IMG/VR virus record: IMGVR_UViG_3300046000_002084
Location: 1 to 39,015 of that record
From: a virus
Lineage: Duplodnaviria; Caudoviricetes
DNA length: 39,015 bases
Strand: one strand, 5' to 3'
In this document: positions 9,382 through 17,337 of the stretch, one piece after another
How positions within the stretch are numbered: the first letter of the stretch is position 1
How the letters are laid out: every line of letters starts with the position of its first letter
The notes under the pieces: generated by a model
What the model was told of the DNA's origin: nothing
What the model saw: only the letters and a program-made list of their open reading frames with translations
The model's database searches: none
Made by a program: the position numbers and the translations under genes

Positions 9382-9410
9382 TTGATTAACTTGACAGGCT
9401 ATGGTATATT
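9382..9410 (+). promoter_or_regulatory. Housekeeping-sigma promoter for the glycosyltransferase
   Basis: TTGATT-17 nt-TATATT with extended TG at 9402-9403, in an intergenic gap. Confidence 0.55.
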
Positions 9411-9448
9411 GTAAGTAGGCTAACACTGCCTATAACTTAGGGGACACT

Positions 9449-10171
9449 ATGAGTAAAGTAAATAAAGGAACGCTAGCCCTAGGCTGGTGTGATAACGGTA
9501 ACACTGATGGCAAGTTCACAGAAGGTATGGTTAGCGTAGCCTTACAGGCTCCTGCTAATGGTATCCCCATTACTCATAGTATGCGAGTACAAGGTAATCA
9601 GATTGGCAGACAACGCCAGGTTCTCTTTGACTATTGGGCTGACCAAGTTAAGACTGACTGGCTTTTATGGGTTGACTCAGATATCGTCATTGATATCCAC
9701 GTAGTTACAAAACTATGGGATGCTGCAGACAAGATTGGTAAGCCAGTTATATCTGGTACTTACTTCATCTCTAAGCAAGGCGAAGGCACACTAGCCCAAC
9801 CATTCCCTGCTTTATTTACAGAGGTGAATGAACACACTATTCGTCACTTGCATCCACTGCCAGAGAACCAAGTTGTTCCTGTTGATTCAGCAGGTCTTGG
9901 GTTCTGTCTTATGCACAAGTCTATTATTCCTAAACTTCGTGAGAAGTTCCCAGACCAATCCTTGTTTGCAGAGCAAGAAGGCATTGGCGATAAGTTCGTA
10001 GGAGAAGACATTGTGTTCTTCCGCAAACTTAAAGAAGCAGGTGTTCCATTATACGCACACACTGGTGCGCTAGTACGACATATGAAACGATTCTCATTAG
10101 ATGCCGATTACTACGGTCTCTACTGGAGTTGGCAAGCATTAAAGAATCAAATAGAGCAAGATAAACCTTAA
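9449..10171 (+). CDS. GT-A fold (GT2-like) glycosyltransferase
   Basis: DWLLWVDSD (DxD), AGLGFCLMHK, GEDIVF, HTG..VRH. Confidence 0.85.
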   Translation: MSKVNKGTLALGWCDNGNTDGKFTEGMVSVALQAPANGIPITHSMRVQGNQIGRQRQVLFDYWADQVKTDWLLWVDSDIVIDIHVVTKLWDAADKIGKPVISGTYFISKQGEGTLAQPFPALFTEVNEHTIRHLHPLPENQVVPVDSAGLGFCLMHKSIIPKLREKFPDQSLFAEQEGIGDKFVGEDIVFFRKLKEAGVPLYAHTGALVRHMKRFSLDADYYGLYWSWQALKNQIEQDKP

Positions 10172-10180
10172 GGAGTCTAA

Positions 10181-12379
10181 GTGGCTGGTCGTGATATTAC
10201 CGAAGGTCGCCCTACGCGAGCCATTGCAACAGATATTGGTATCGTCTCTGACGGTGCAGTATGGCAGAACACCGACATCAATTATGATGTAGCAATTGGT
10301 GGACTCCCATTTATCTATGCAATTAGCGATTCACGACCATACATTAGACAGACAGCACCATTTCGTAAAGACCAGTTCGACAACCAAACAGAACCAGGCG
10401 AGCAATCCCTAACTGGTTGGTGGATTCGTTCACAGTCTTCCTTCCACGGTGGTACGGGTATCGTATACTTCGACCCTCAAACATCTGACCCATTTGGTCA
10501 CTATCGTTTTGCAGATAGCAAGGGTGTGGATGTATTCAAGCAAGGTGAAGTAACTCTACTTAACAATGTAGACGTAAACCACGTCACCACTGGTCGCGTA
10601 CGTACAAATGGTCGCCCGTTCCAGGCAGCACGTTCTATTAAGTACAACAACACTGAGGCTGTATTGCTGTGGGATGAGTATGACGTAGACAAGATTGTCC
10701 CAGGTTCAGCACCTGTTCACTTCATTGATTACAACTCTGGAACAGATGCTGCAGTTTATGGAATCTGTGATGATGGTACTAACGCATTTTGGATTACCAA
10801 TACTGCAACAAAGAAAACTGTCTACAAGAAGCCTTTGACTGGCACCTCTGCATCAACTGCAGATGTAACATTAATGTTTGATGAAATTGGTACCATTGCT
10901 AACGCAACAATGGAGTACGTTAAAGAACGTATTGTTATGTGTGCAGACAACAAGGTGTATGAGTTCTCATCATCTGCTGTTGCAATGCCAACTGCGGTCT
11001 ATACGCACCCATCTACAACTCACGTATTTACATCTGTAGCAGCATCAGGTTCCTCTATCTATGTATCTGGCTACAATGGTATTCAGTCAACTATTATTAA
11101 ATTTACTTTATCCACTGCTGGAGTTATGCCTACTCTAACATCGGCAGTAGTTGCAGCAGAACTTCCAGTGGGGGAGATTGTCCACAGAATTTATTACTAC
11201 CTAGGCTTTATGATGATTGGTACCAACAAGGGTATTAGAGCAGCAGCAGTATCAGAAGTTGATGGCTCTCTTAACTACGGTCCACTTATCGTAGAAACAT
11301 CTCAGCCTTGCTATGACTTTGCAGCACGTGACCGCTTCATATGGTGTGCCACATCTGTCAATGGCGAGCCTGGTGTTATCCGTATGGACCTAGGTACAGA
11401 AATAGAAACGCTTCGCTTTGCTTACGCTAATGATATCTACTATCCAGGAGTAACAAACCACGTAACTACTAGTTGTGCTTTTGTTAATGGTACTGAACAG
11501 TTAGCATTTACTACATCGGCTACCTCTGCAGGAACAATTGTTAATAAGGCATTGACTAGCAACGTGGCAACACTGACTACAAGTGCAGCACATAACTTAG
11601 CGATTAGTGATTCAATCTGGGTTGAAGGTGTCGATGCGACATTTAATGGTGAGTTCACAGTACTAACTGTGCCAACTACCACAACATTTACATACACAAA
11701 GGCTGCTACAAACGTAACATCCACAGCAGTCACTTCTGCTGCAGCGATTGTTGCCACTACTGGTGCTATTTATGTAGAGGATTTAACTGAGTTAACACCT
11801 ACTGGTTACTTAACTACTGGCAACATACGCTACAACACACTAGAGAAGAAGAACTTTAAACGTCTCTTAGGTCGAGGTAACTTTACCTACGGCTCTATGA
11901 CACTAGATACTGTTGATGAAGCAGGCACAGAGTATGATGTTATTTCTTATGATGCAGCAGTTGGTGCACCTGAGGTAACCACATCATCTCCTGCTGTGGC
12001 ACAAGAGTACTTAGCCTACAAGTTTATTATGTACAGAGACGATGAGGACGCAAGCAAGGGTCCACAGTTCAAGGGTTATCAAGCAAAGGCAACGATTGCT
12101 ACTCCACGTCAGCGTGTGATGCAGTTTCCTGTCTATTGCTATGACATTGAGACTGACCGCTACAACGTAGTGCTTGGCTATGAAGGCAGAGCCTTCGATA
12201 AGATTCGCCTAATGGAAGATATCGAAGCCAATGGCGACGTAGTTACTTGGCAAGACTTAACAACTGGTGAATCTCGTCAGGCTGTTATTGAACAAGTAAC
12301 TTTCACCCGATTAACCCCACCAGATAAGCGCTTTGATGGCTTTGGTGGAATTCTACAAATCACTATCCGTACCGTATAA
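10181..12379 (+). CDS. Tail nozzle-like structural protein
   Basis: 732 aa, beta-rich (propeller-like); AAGGAG RBS with GTG start; last structural gene before lysis. Function inferred. Confidence 0.65.
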   Translation: MAGRDITEGRPTRAIATDIGIVSDGAVWQNTDINYDVAIGGLPFIYAISDSRPYIRQTAPFRKDQFDNQTEPGEQSLTGWWIRSQSSFHGGTGIVYFDPQTSDPFGHYRFADSKGVDVFKQGEVTLLNNVDVNHVTTGRVRTNGRPFQAARSIKYNNTEAVLLWDEYDVDKIVPGSAPVHFIDYNSGTDAAVYGICDDGTNAFWITNTATKKTVYKKPLTGTSASTADVTLMFDEIGTIANATMEYVKERIVMCADNKVYEFSSSAVAMPTAVYTHPSTTHVFTSVAASGSSIYVSGYNGIQSTIIKFTLSTAGVMPTLTSAVVAAELPVGEIVHRIYYYLGFMMIGTNKGIRAAAVSEVDGSLNYGPLIVETSQPCYDFAARDRFIWCATSVNGEPGVIRMDLGTEIETLRFAYANDIYYPGVTNHVTTSCAFVNGTEQLAFTTSATSAGTIVNKALTSNVATLTTSAAHNLAISDSIWVEGVDATFNGEFTVLTVPTTTTFTYTKAATNVTSTAVTSAAAIVATTGAIYVEDLTELTPTGYLTTGNIRYNTLEKKNFKRLLGRGNFTYGSMTLDTVDEAGTEYDVISYDAAVGAPEVTTSSPAVAQEYLAYKFIMYRDDEDASKGPQFKGYQAKATIATPRQRVMQFPVYCYDIETDRYNVVLGYEGRAFDKIRLMEDIEANGDVVTWQDLTTGESRQAVIEQVTFTRLTPPDKRFDGFGGILQITIRTV

Positions 12380-12394
12380 CTCTTAGGAGCGCAA

Positions 12395-12601
12395 ATGACC
12401 ACAGCAAATTGGGCTGGACTAATCGTATCTGTAATAGCAATTGTATCTGCATTCGCAGGTTCAGTTCGATGGTTAGTTAAGCATTACCTTTACGAACTTA
12501 AGCCTAATTCTGGCAGTAGTCTCAAAGATTCCGTCATTAGACTAGAAGAAAAAGTAGAAATCCTTTATCAGATGATGTTACAAAGAGGGAAGAATGAATG
12601 A
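12395..12601 (+). CDS. Membrane protein of lysis cassette
   Basis: N-terminal TM helix plus coiled coil; directly before endolysin. Confidence 0.7.
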   Translation: MTTANWAGLIVSVIAIVSAFAGSVRWLVKHYLYELKPNSGSSLKDSVIRLEEKVEILYQMMLQRGKNE

Positions 12602-13101
12602 AGTCTGTTGCCAAGAAAGCCACACCTGCCGCTATTGCTGTCCTTCGTCAAGCCACGGCGATAGCGCCATTGCGTATGAAAGCATCGGATGGACTTCTTC
12701 CGTCCAACGCTCATTTGAAACAGAGTCCAACCAGCGACCATAACACTGGTCTTGCAGTTGACTTAACTCACGACCCGAAGAATGGTATTGATTGTGAAGA
12801 TATTTTTGAAAAACTTAAAGAAGATAAGCGTGTCAAGTACCTTATCTTCAAAGGAAGAATCTGGTCCAAAGAAAAATCTAAGTTGGGAAACAGACGGTAC
12901 ACTGGGACTAATGCTCATAATAAGCATCTTCATATTTCTATTGAGTCCACTATGGGTACCGATACTTCTCCTTGGTTTTGGTGGATGAATCAACCTAAGA
13001 CTCTTAATCAGGTTATTGCTAGTTTGACTACAGTGCCTGCAAAGAAAGCATACAAGACCGAAGTTTGTACCTGTTGCAAAGTGCACGGTGCAAAAGCCTA
13101 A
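12598..13101 (+). CDS. Endolysin, M15-like Zn peptidase
   Basis: SDH-x5-VD and HxxHxH (HNKHLHIS) ligand pattern; flanked by membrane proteins. Confidence 0.7.
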   Translation: MKSVAKKATPAAIAVLRQATAIAPLRMKASDGLLPSNAHLKQSPTSDHNTGLAVDLTHDPKNGIDCEDIFEKLKEDKRVKYLIFKGRIWSKEKSKLGNRRYTGTNAHNKHLHISIESTMGTDTSPWFWWMNQPKTLNQVIASLTTVPAKKAYKTEVCTCCKVHGAKA

Positions 13102-13118
13102 TCCCCTAGGAGGATACA

Positions 13119-13304
13119 ATGGAGCAATTCAAACAAGTAGCACTCACTTGGTTTCGTGCAGCGGCAGCATCTGCTGTAGCACTTTTCCTTGCTGGTGAAT
13201 CAGACCTTAAGACTCTATCAATGGCAGCATTGGCTGGATTCGCTGGTCCGCTACTCAAGTGGCTAGATTCATCTGCCGTAGACTTTGGTCGCGGTTCAAA
13301 GTAA
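13119..13304 (+). CDS. Holin
   Basis: 61 aa, two hydrophobic segments, AGGAGG RBS, follows endolysin. Confidence 0.75.
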   Translation: MEQFKQVALTWFRAAAASAVALFLAGESDLKTLSMAALAGFAGPLLKWLDSSAVDFGRGSK

Positions 13305-13343
13305 TACCCTTTAGAAGCCTTCCAAGGCGGTTTTAAGACACTT

Positions 13344-13387
13344 AGACCCTCAGGTCATAGGATTACCTATGGCTTGGGGGTCTTTTT
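13344..13387 (+). terminator. Intrinsic terminator ending the late operon
   Basis: 18-bp stem (3 G-U pairs, + strand specific), ATTA loop, then a T run. Confidence 0.85.
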
Positions 13388-13408
13388 GTCATTTCTATGG
13401 GTTGCCTT

Positions 13409-13452
13409 CGGCGTGTCTAAAACTTGCATTAGGGGTCGGGTGTGTGTATACT
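13409..13452 (+). promoter_or_regulatory. Promoter of replication module with upstream GTGTC (GACAC) motif
   Basis: TTGCAT 13424-13429, 17 nt, TATACT 13447-13452; CGGCGTGTC at 13409-13417. Confidence 0.7.
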
Positions 13453-13455
13453 CAG

Positions 13456-13530
13456 ATTATTAATTAAATTATTAATTAATATAAGGCGCGGAGCGCCGAT
13501 ATAATATATAATTATTATATATAACTTAAT
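13456..13530. other. AT-rich palindromic tract, candidate replication origin
   Basis: Nearly pure A/T with inverted repeats at 13459-13480 and 13505-13521 around GGCGC-GGA-GCGCC; directly upstream of replication genes. Confidence 0.5.
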
Positions 13531-13534
13531 AGAT

Positions 13535-13607
13535 TTACATAGTTCTCCCTTGTTGAGTACCCTCCTGTCCTCTAAGGGAGGACTATGTAACAACTTTCAG
13601 ACAGGAG
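13535..13607 (+). ncRNA. Leader hairpin displaying an anti-SD loop (pseudoknot or antisense candidate)
   Basis: 17-bp stem 13535-13551/13574-13590. Loop CTCCTGTC (13562-13569) is complementary to GACAGGAG (13600-13607). Confidence 0.6.
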
Positions 13608-13613
13608 AAGTCG

Positions 13614-13799
13614 ATGATTAAATTGGACAGTTACGAACTGCCAGCACATATATCCTACTCAGCATTTACAACCTACCTAACCTGTGGTTACCAGTACTAC
13701 TTGGGTAGACTACTTAAGGTTGAAGAAGAACCATCCATCTGGTCAGCAGGCGGACGAGCATTCCACTTGGCAGCAGAGTTGTATGACTATGACAATTAA
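13614..13799 (+). CDS. Cas4/AddB-like exonuclease, N-terminal part
   Basis: ISYSAFTTYLTCGYQYYL and GRAFHLAAE, the N-terminal motifs of Fe-S PD-(D/E)XK nucleases. Confidence 0.8.
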   Translation: MIKLDSYELPAHISYSAFTTYLTCGYQYYLGRLLKVEEEPSIWSAGGRAFHLAAELYDYDN

Positions 13800-14391
13800 C
13801 CCACTATGGGAACAAGCGTGGCGTAAAGAGACCGAAGGTCTTGACTTTGCCAACGCACGAGTAGCAGGACGAGCAACTAAACTCAACCCTAACAAGGAAG
13901 ATGCTGCTTGGTGGTATGAACAAGGTTCCGTATGGACTGATAACTACATCCTATGGCGCAAGAACAACCCTAACTGGAAAATCTGGACGACACCTCAAGG
14001 TGCTAAGGCTATCGAGTTAGAGTTAAACCCTGTCATCTCTGGAGTACCAGTGAAGATGTTCATTGACAGAATCTTTGAGGTTGACGGTAAGTTAGTTATC
14101 GTTGACCTAAAGACCTCTCGTGCACGTCCTCAATCTGACCTCCAGTTAGGCTTCTACAAAGTGGGAGTCGAGATGATGCTGGGTGTGGAAGTCAATCTAG
14201 GAAACTACTGGATGTCTCGTGAGTCGGGGACAGGAGAGATGATTGACCTAAGTAGGTATACACAGGACACGCTTGAATACTTTGTCGATGGCTTTGATAA
14301 AGCACGCAAGGCTGGTATATTTCTACCGAACCTACAATCGTGCAATTTCTGTGGACTCACAGAACATTGCCAATTCACGAAGGAAAAATAA
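13783..14391 (+). CDS. Cas4/AddB-like exonuclease, catalytic part
   Basis: IELEL, IDRI, IVDLKT, QLGFY, C-terminal CNFC-x4-C. Likely start ATG 13783 or 13789 rather than 13684. Confidence 0.85.
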   Translation: MTMTINPLWEQAWRKETEGLDFANARVAGRATKLNPNKEDAAWWYEQGSVWTDNYILWRKNNPNWKIWTTPQGAKAIELELNPVISGVPVKMFIDRIFEVDGKLVIVDLKTSRARPQSDLQLGFYKVGVEMMLGVEVNLGNYWMSRESGTGEMIDLSRYTQDTLEYFVDGFDKARKAGIFLPNLQSCNFCGLTEHCQFTKEK

Positions 14392-14511
14392 ATGCATAAA
14401 GTAAATGCACTATCAGCACAAGATGTGTTAGTTGCACTTGAGATGAAAATCATTACACAAGATGAAGCACGCGAAGCACTAGGCTTTGCAGTTAACAAGG
14501 AGGACAAGTAA
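14392..14511 (+). CDS. Microprotein (39 aa)
   Basis: MHKVNALSAQDVLVALEMKIITQDEAREALGF...; AAGGA RBS; TAATG coupling. Confidence 0.6.
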   Translation: MHKVNALSAQDVLVALEMKIITQDEAREALGFAVNKEDK

Positions 14512-14894
14512 TGGCAGAAGATTGGAAGTTACAGGTCTCTTACAAGACCAACGGTGGGGATATGATAAATGTCCGTGCTAATACAGCAGATGAACTTAGC
14601 GTATTGCTAGAGGGAGTTGCTGATTTCTCAACACAGATTGCAGCAACAGGAAGAATGCTTAACGGTGCAAGTGTGGTAGCCCCTTTGGCGACGCCTACTT
14701 CAACTCCCGTGCAGCAAGCCTCTCCTACCTTCGTAACCGCCCCGACAGCGGAAGCATCAGGTACCACTCCAACGTGTCTTCACGGGGACAGAAAGTTCCT
14801 GTCGGGAATCTCGAAGAAGAACGGCAAGCCTTACCGAATGTGGGTATGTCAACAACCACAGGACCAGGGACAATGCACACCAGTCAATGGTTAG
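14511..14894 (+). CDS. Hypothetical replication-region protein with C-terminal Zn finger
   Basis: CLHG...GKPYRMWVC...QC; AAGGAGG RBS. Confidence 0.75.
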   Translation: MAEDWKLQVSYKTNGGDMINVRANTADELSVLLEGVADFSTQIAATGRMLNGASVVAPLATPTSTPVQQASPTFVTAPTAEASGTTPTCLHGDRKFLSGISKKNGKPYRMWVCQQPQDQGQCTPVNG

Positions 14895-14913
14895 ACATTG
14901 ACATAAAGTAGAA

Positions 14914-14960
14914 TTGGTGGAGGGGTATTTATTAGGGGAAGATATCTACCCCTCTTCCAA
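14914..14960 (+). promoter_or_regulatory. Long intergenic hairpin before GACAGGAG RBS
   Basis: TTGGTGGAGGGGTA pairs with TACCCCTCTTCCAA; apical loop AGGGGAA. Confidence 0.55.
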
Positions 14961-14979
14961 CTTAAGACAGGAGAAGCGG

Positions 14980-15147
14980 ATGGAAAAAACAGTCAAGTAC
15001 TTATTACAAGAAGCATACGTTGATGGATATAACGATGCTCGTGTTGCAATTGCAGAAGAGATTGAAAGACTGCCAGTTGAAAGTTCAACTACTAATGCAG
15101 TAGGTATGCAAGTTTTGGCTGCAAAGATTGCACGAGGTAAGAAGTGA
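14980..15147 (+). CDS. Hypothetical protein (55 aa)
   Basis: GACAGGAG at 14966-14973 favours ATG 14980 over the track start at 14914. Confidence 0.7.
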   Translation: MEKTVKYLLQEAYVDGYNDARVAIAEEIERLPVESSTTNAVGMQVLAAKIARGKK

Positions 15148-15926
15148 GAACACTTGTTCGCTCTGTAGGTAGAGCAGATATTGGTGGAGAACCACTGCCT
15201 CCAGTATTTCGTTCGCTTGATTCAAACAAAATTATATTTCGTAGAGCAGAAGTCTCTATGCTTGCAGGTACTCCAGGTGTGGGAAAGTCCACTCTGGCAC
15301 TGGCTTTAGCCCTTAAGATGAAGGTGCCAAGCCTCTACATTTCAGCAGATACTAACGCACACACTATGGCTATGCGTCTTGCATCAATGATTAGTGGTAA
15401 GAATCAAACTGATGTTGAGACACTAATGAACAGTGACTACGGCTGGACTAAAGCAACTCTTGCTAAAGGTTCACACATTGTCTGGTCATTTGAATCATCA
15501 CCTACTCTTCAAGATATAGACGAAGAGGTTCAAGCATTTGAGGAACTATGGGGATGCCCACCGACTGCAATCTTTGTAGATAACCTAATGGATATTGCTA
15601 CCGATGGTGGTGAAGAGTTCGCATCTATGCGTGCGATTATGAAGGAGTTGAAGTATCTTGCCCGTGCTACTAATGCCGCTGTTATTATTTTGCACCATAC
15701 TTCTGAGGCTGTATCTGGTAATCCTTGTCAGCCTAGGTCGGCTCTCCAAGGTAAAGTTGCACAACTTCCTGCTCTTATCTGCACTCTTGGTGTCGTTGGT
15801 ACTTCTATGGCAATTGCACCAGTAAAAAATAGATACGGAAGAGCAGATGCAAACGGAGATTTGTTAGCGTGGCTAGCATTTAATCCTGAGTATATGTTTA
15901 TGGATGACATACCAGAGAATGGATAA
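15144..15926 (+). CDS. DnaB-like (SF4) helicase, ATPase domain only
   Basis: Walker A AGTPGVGKST, Walker B IFVDNL, LHH, arginine finger KNRYG. Confidence 0.88.
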   Translation: MRTLVRSVGRADIGGEPLPPVFRSLDSNKIIFRRAEVSMLAGTPGVGKSTLALALALKMKVPSLYISADTNAHTMAMRLASMISGKNQTDVETLMNSDYGWTKATLAKGSHIVWSFESSPTLQDIDEEVQAFEELWGCPPTAIFVDNLMDIATDGGEEFASMRAIMKELKYLARATNAAVIILHHTSEAVSGNPCQPRSALQGKVAQLPALICTLGVVGTSMAIAPVKNRYGRADANGDLLAWLAFNPEYMFMDDIPENG

Positions 15927-15929
15927 GCA

Positions 15930-16127
15930 ATGATTAGAGAAGAAGAAGACGATATGACTCAGGAGATGCGTGCTTTTGTTTTGCTTGAACTTAAGCAGGA
16001 GACTACTAAGTTAATCGAGAAGATTCAAGCAGCCAAGATACCAGTCACAGATGAGTGGACTGAGGGTGTCAACGCTGGATTAGAGTGGGCTGTTCGCATT
16101 CTCAAGAAGGATAAGAGTGCCTCTTAG
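15930..16127 (+). CDS. Hypothetical protein
   Basis: 65 aa; operon packing. Confidence 0.65.
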   Translation: MIREEEDDMTQEMRAFVLLELKQETTKLIEKIQAAKIPVTDEWTEGVNAGLEWAVRILKKDKSAS

Positions 16128-16642
16128 TGTGGACTTATGCACTCAGTACAACTGAGGAAGCAACTGCTGTCGAAGTAGGTTATCAACGACAGAAGCCATA
16201 CTTTGGCGACCCAACTAGAAACATCAACTACTCAGAGGGTGACCTATGGGAGATGTGGCAACACGTTGTATGTGCAGGTTCAGAGTTAGCATTCGCAAGA
16301 ATGGTTGGCAAGAAAGATTTTGTACCACACTTTAACAAATGGAAGTCTGAGTTAGATATTCCTGGGTTGGGTGAAGTTCGCTATTCATTCCCACCTATCA
16401 GGGGGCTCCGATATACAACACGAGATGAGGACAACTTAATCTATGTTTTAACAACAGGTGGTCTTTGTAATAAAGAACGACGCAATGCACCTGATTGGAA
16501 GGGACCAGATTATGTAGCAGTTGGTTGGATGTATGGTAAAGATTGCAAGAAAGATGAATGGAAATATAACGAGAAGACTTGGTATGTTCCAATAGAATAT
16601 CTCAATCGAATGGAGACATTACCTAATGCCATCACAGAGTAG
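16127..16642 (+). CDS. Hypothetical protein (possible nuclease fold)
   Basis: 171 aa; G.E.AFA...D....EVR pattern; start overlaps upstream stop. Confidence 0.65.
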   Translation: MWTYALSTTEEATAVEVGYQRQKPYFGDPTRNINYSEGDLWEMWQHVVCAGSELAFARMVGKKDFVPHFNKWKSELDIPGLGEVRYSFPPIRGLRYTTRDEDNLIYVLTTGGLCNKERRNAPDWKGPDYVAVGWMYGKDCKKDEWKYNEKTWYVPIEYLNRMETLPNAITE

Positions 16643-16973
16643 GAAACATCGTGGTTACAGGTCACAGAAAGTTCTTGCTAATTTCTTGGCGGAGAATGGA
16701 TTTCCTTTTGCGGAATCTACTGGTGCTGGGCGCGGTGGTACTGATGTTACTGGTACTGTTGGGATTGACTGGGAAGTAAAGGCACGCACGGGGTTCAACC
16801 CCGCTGCTGCAATTGCACAACTCAAAGACAGAGCCAACGAAAAAGATTTGGGTGTAGTAGTGTTACGACTCAATGGACAGGGAGAGAAATCGGTGGGTGA
16901 TTGGGTTATGTTAGTGCGACTAGAAGATGGTGTAAAACTATTAAGAGATGCGGGATACGGTGATAAGAATTGA
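16626..16973 (+). CDS. Holliday junction resolvase (Hjc-like PD-(D/E)XK)
   Basis: RKHRGYRSQK, GTDV, WEVKAR. Confidence 0.75.
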   Translation: MPSQSRKHRGYRSQKVLANFLAENGFPFAESTGAGRGGTDVTGTVGIDWEVKARTGFNPAAAIAQLKDRANEKDLGVVVLRLNGQGEKSVGDWVMLVRLEDGVKLLRDAGYGDKN

Positions 16974-17337
16974 CAACGACCTTCCAAGTATAAGAGCCAT
17001 ACTTGAGCACTATGGTGCTAAATTAAGACAGACCCACGGACAAGTAAACCTCAAGTGTCCTTTTCATTCAGATACCCACCAGTCAGGCAGTGCAAATCTT
17101 GATAAGAATATCTTCATTTGTTTCGCTTGTGGTGTACAAGGCAACAGCATTCAAATTATTGTGAGACAGGAAGGATTAAATTTCAATGAAGCAAAGCGTT
17201 TTGCAGAAGGAATTACTGGGGAAAGCAGCAGCACAGTACGCGGAAAACATTTATCAGGCGGAAGATTACCTAAGAAGCAGGGGCATACCACTGGAAGTAG
17301 CACGTCTGGCGTCATTAGGCGTAGTCGCGGAGCCTGA
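16948..17337 (+). CDS. Primase zinc-binding domain (CHC2)
   Basis: CPFHSDTHQS...FICFACGVQG. The start may be GTG 16960. Confidence 0.85.
   Translation: MRDTVIRIDNDLPSIRAILEHYGAKLRQTHGQVNLKCPFHSDTHQSGSANLDKNIFICFACGVQGNSIQIIVRQEGLNFNEAKRFAEGITGESSSTVRGKHLSGGRLPKKQGHTTGSSTSGVIRRSRGA

Noticed and set aside
9391-9396. Perfect TTGACA as the -35 of the glycosyltransferase promoter
   Set aside because: No acceptable -10 at 16-18 nt; TTGATT-17-TATATT fits better.
14229-14241. Internal GACAGGAG-AG-ATG start within the nuclease
   Set aside because: Only 2 nt between SD and ATG, and it is explained by the GTGEM codons.
13614-14391. CRISPR-Cas system implied by the Cas4-like gene
   Set aside because: No array or other cas genes; solo Cas4-like nucleases are common in phage replication modules.
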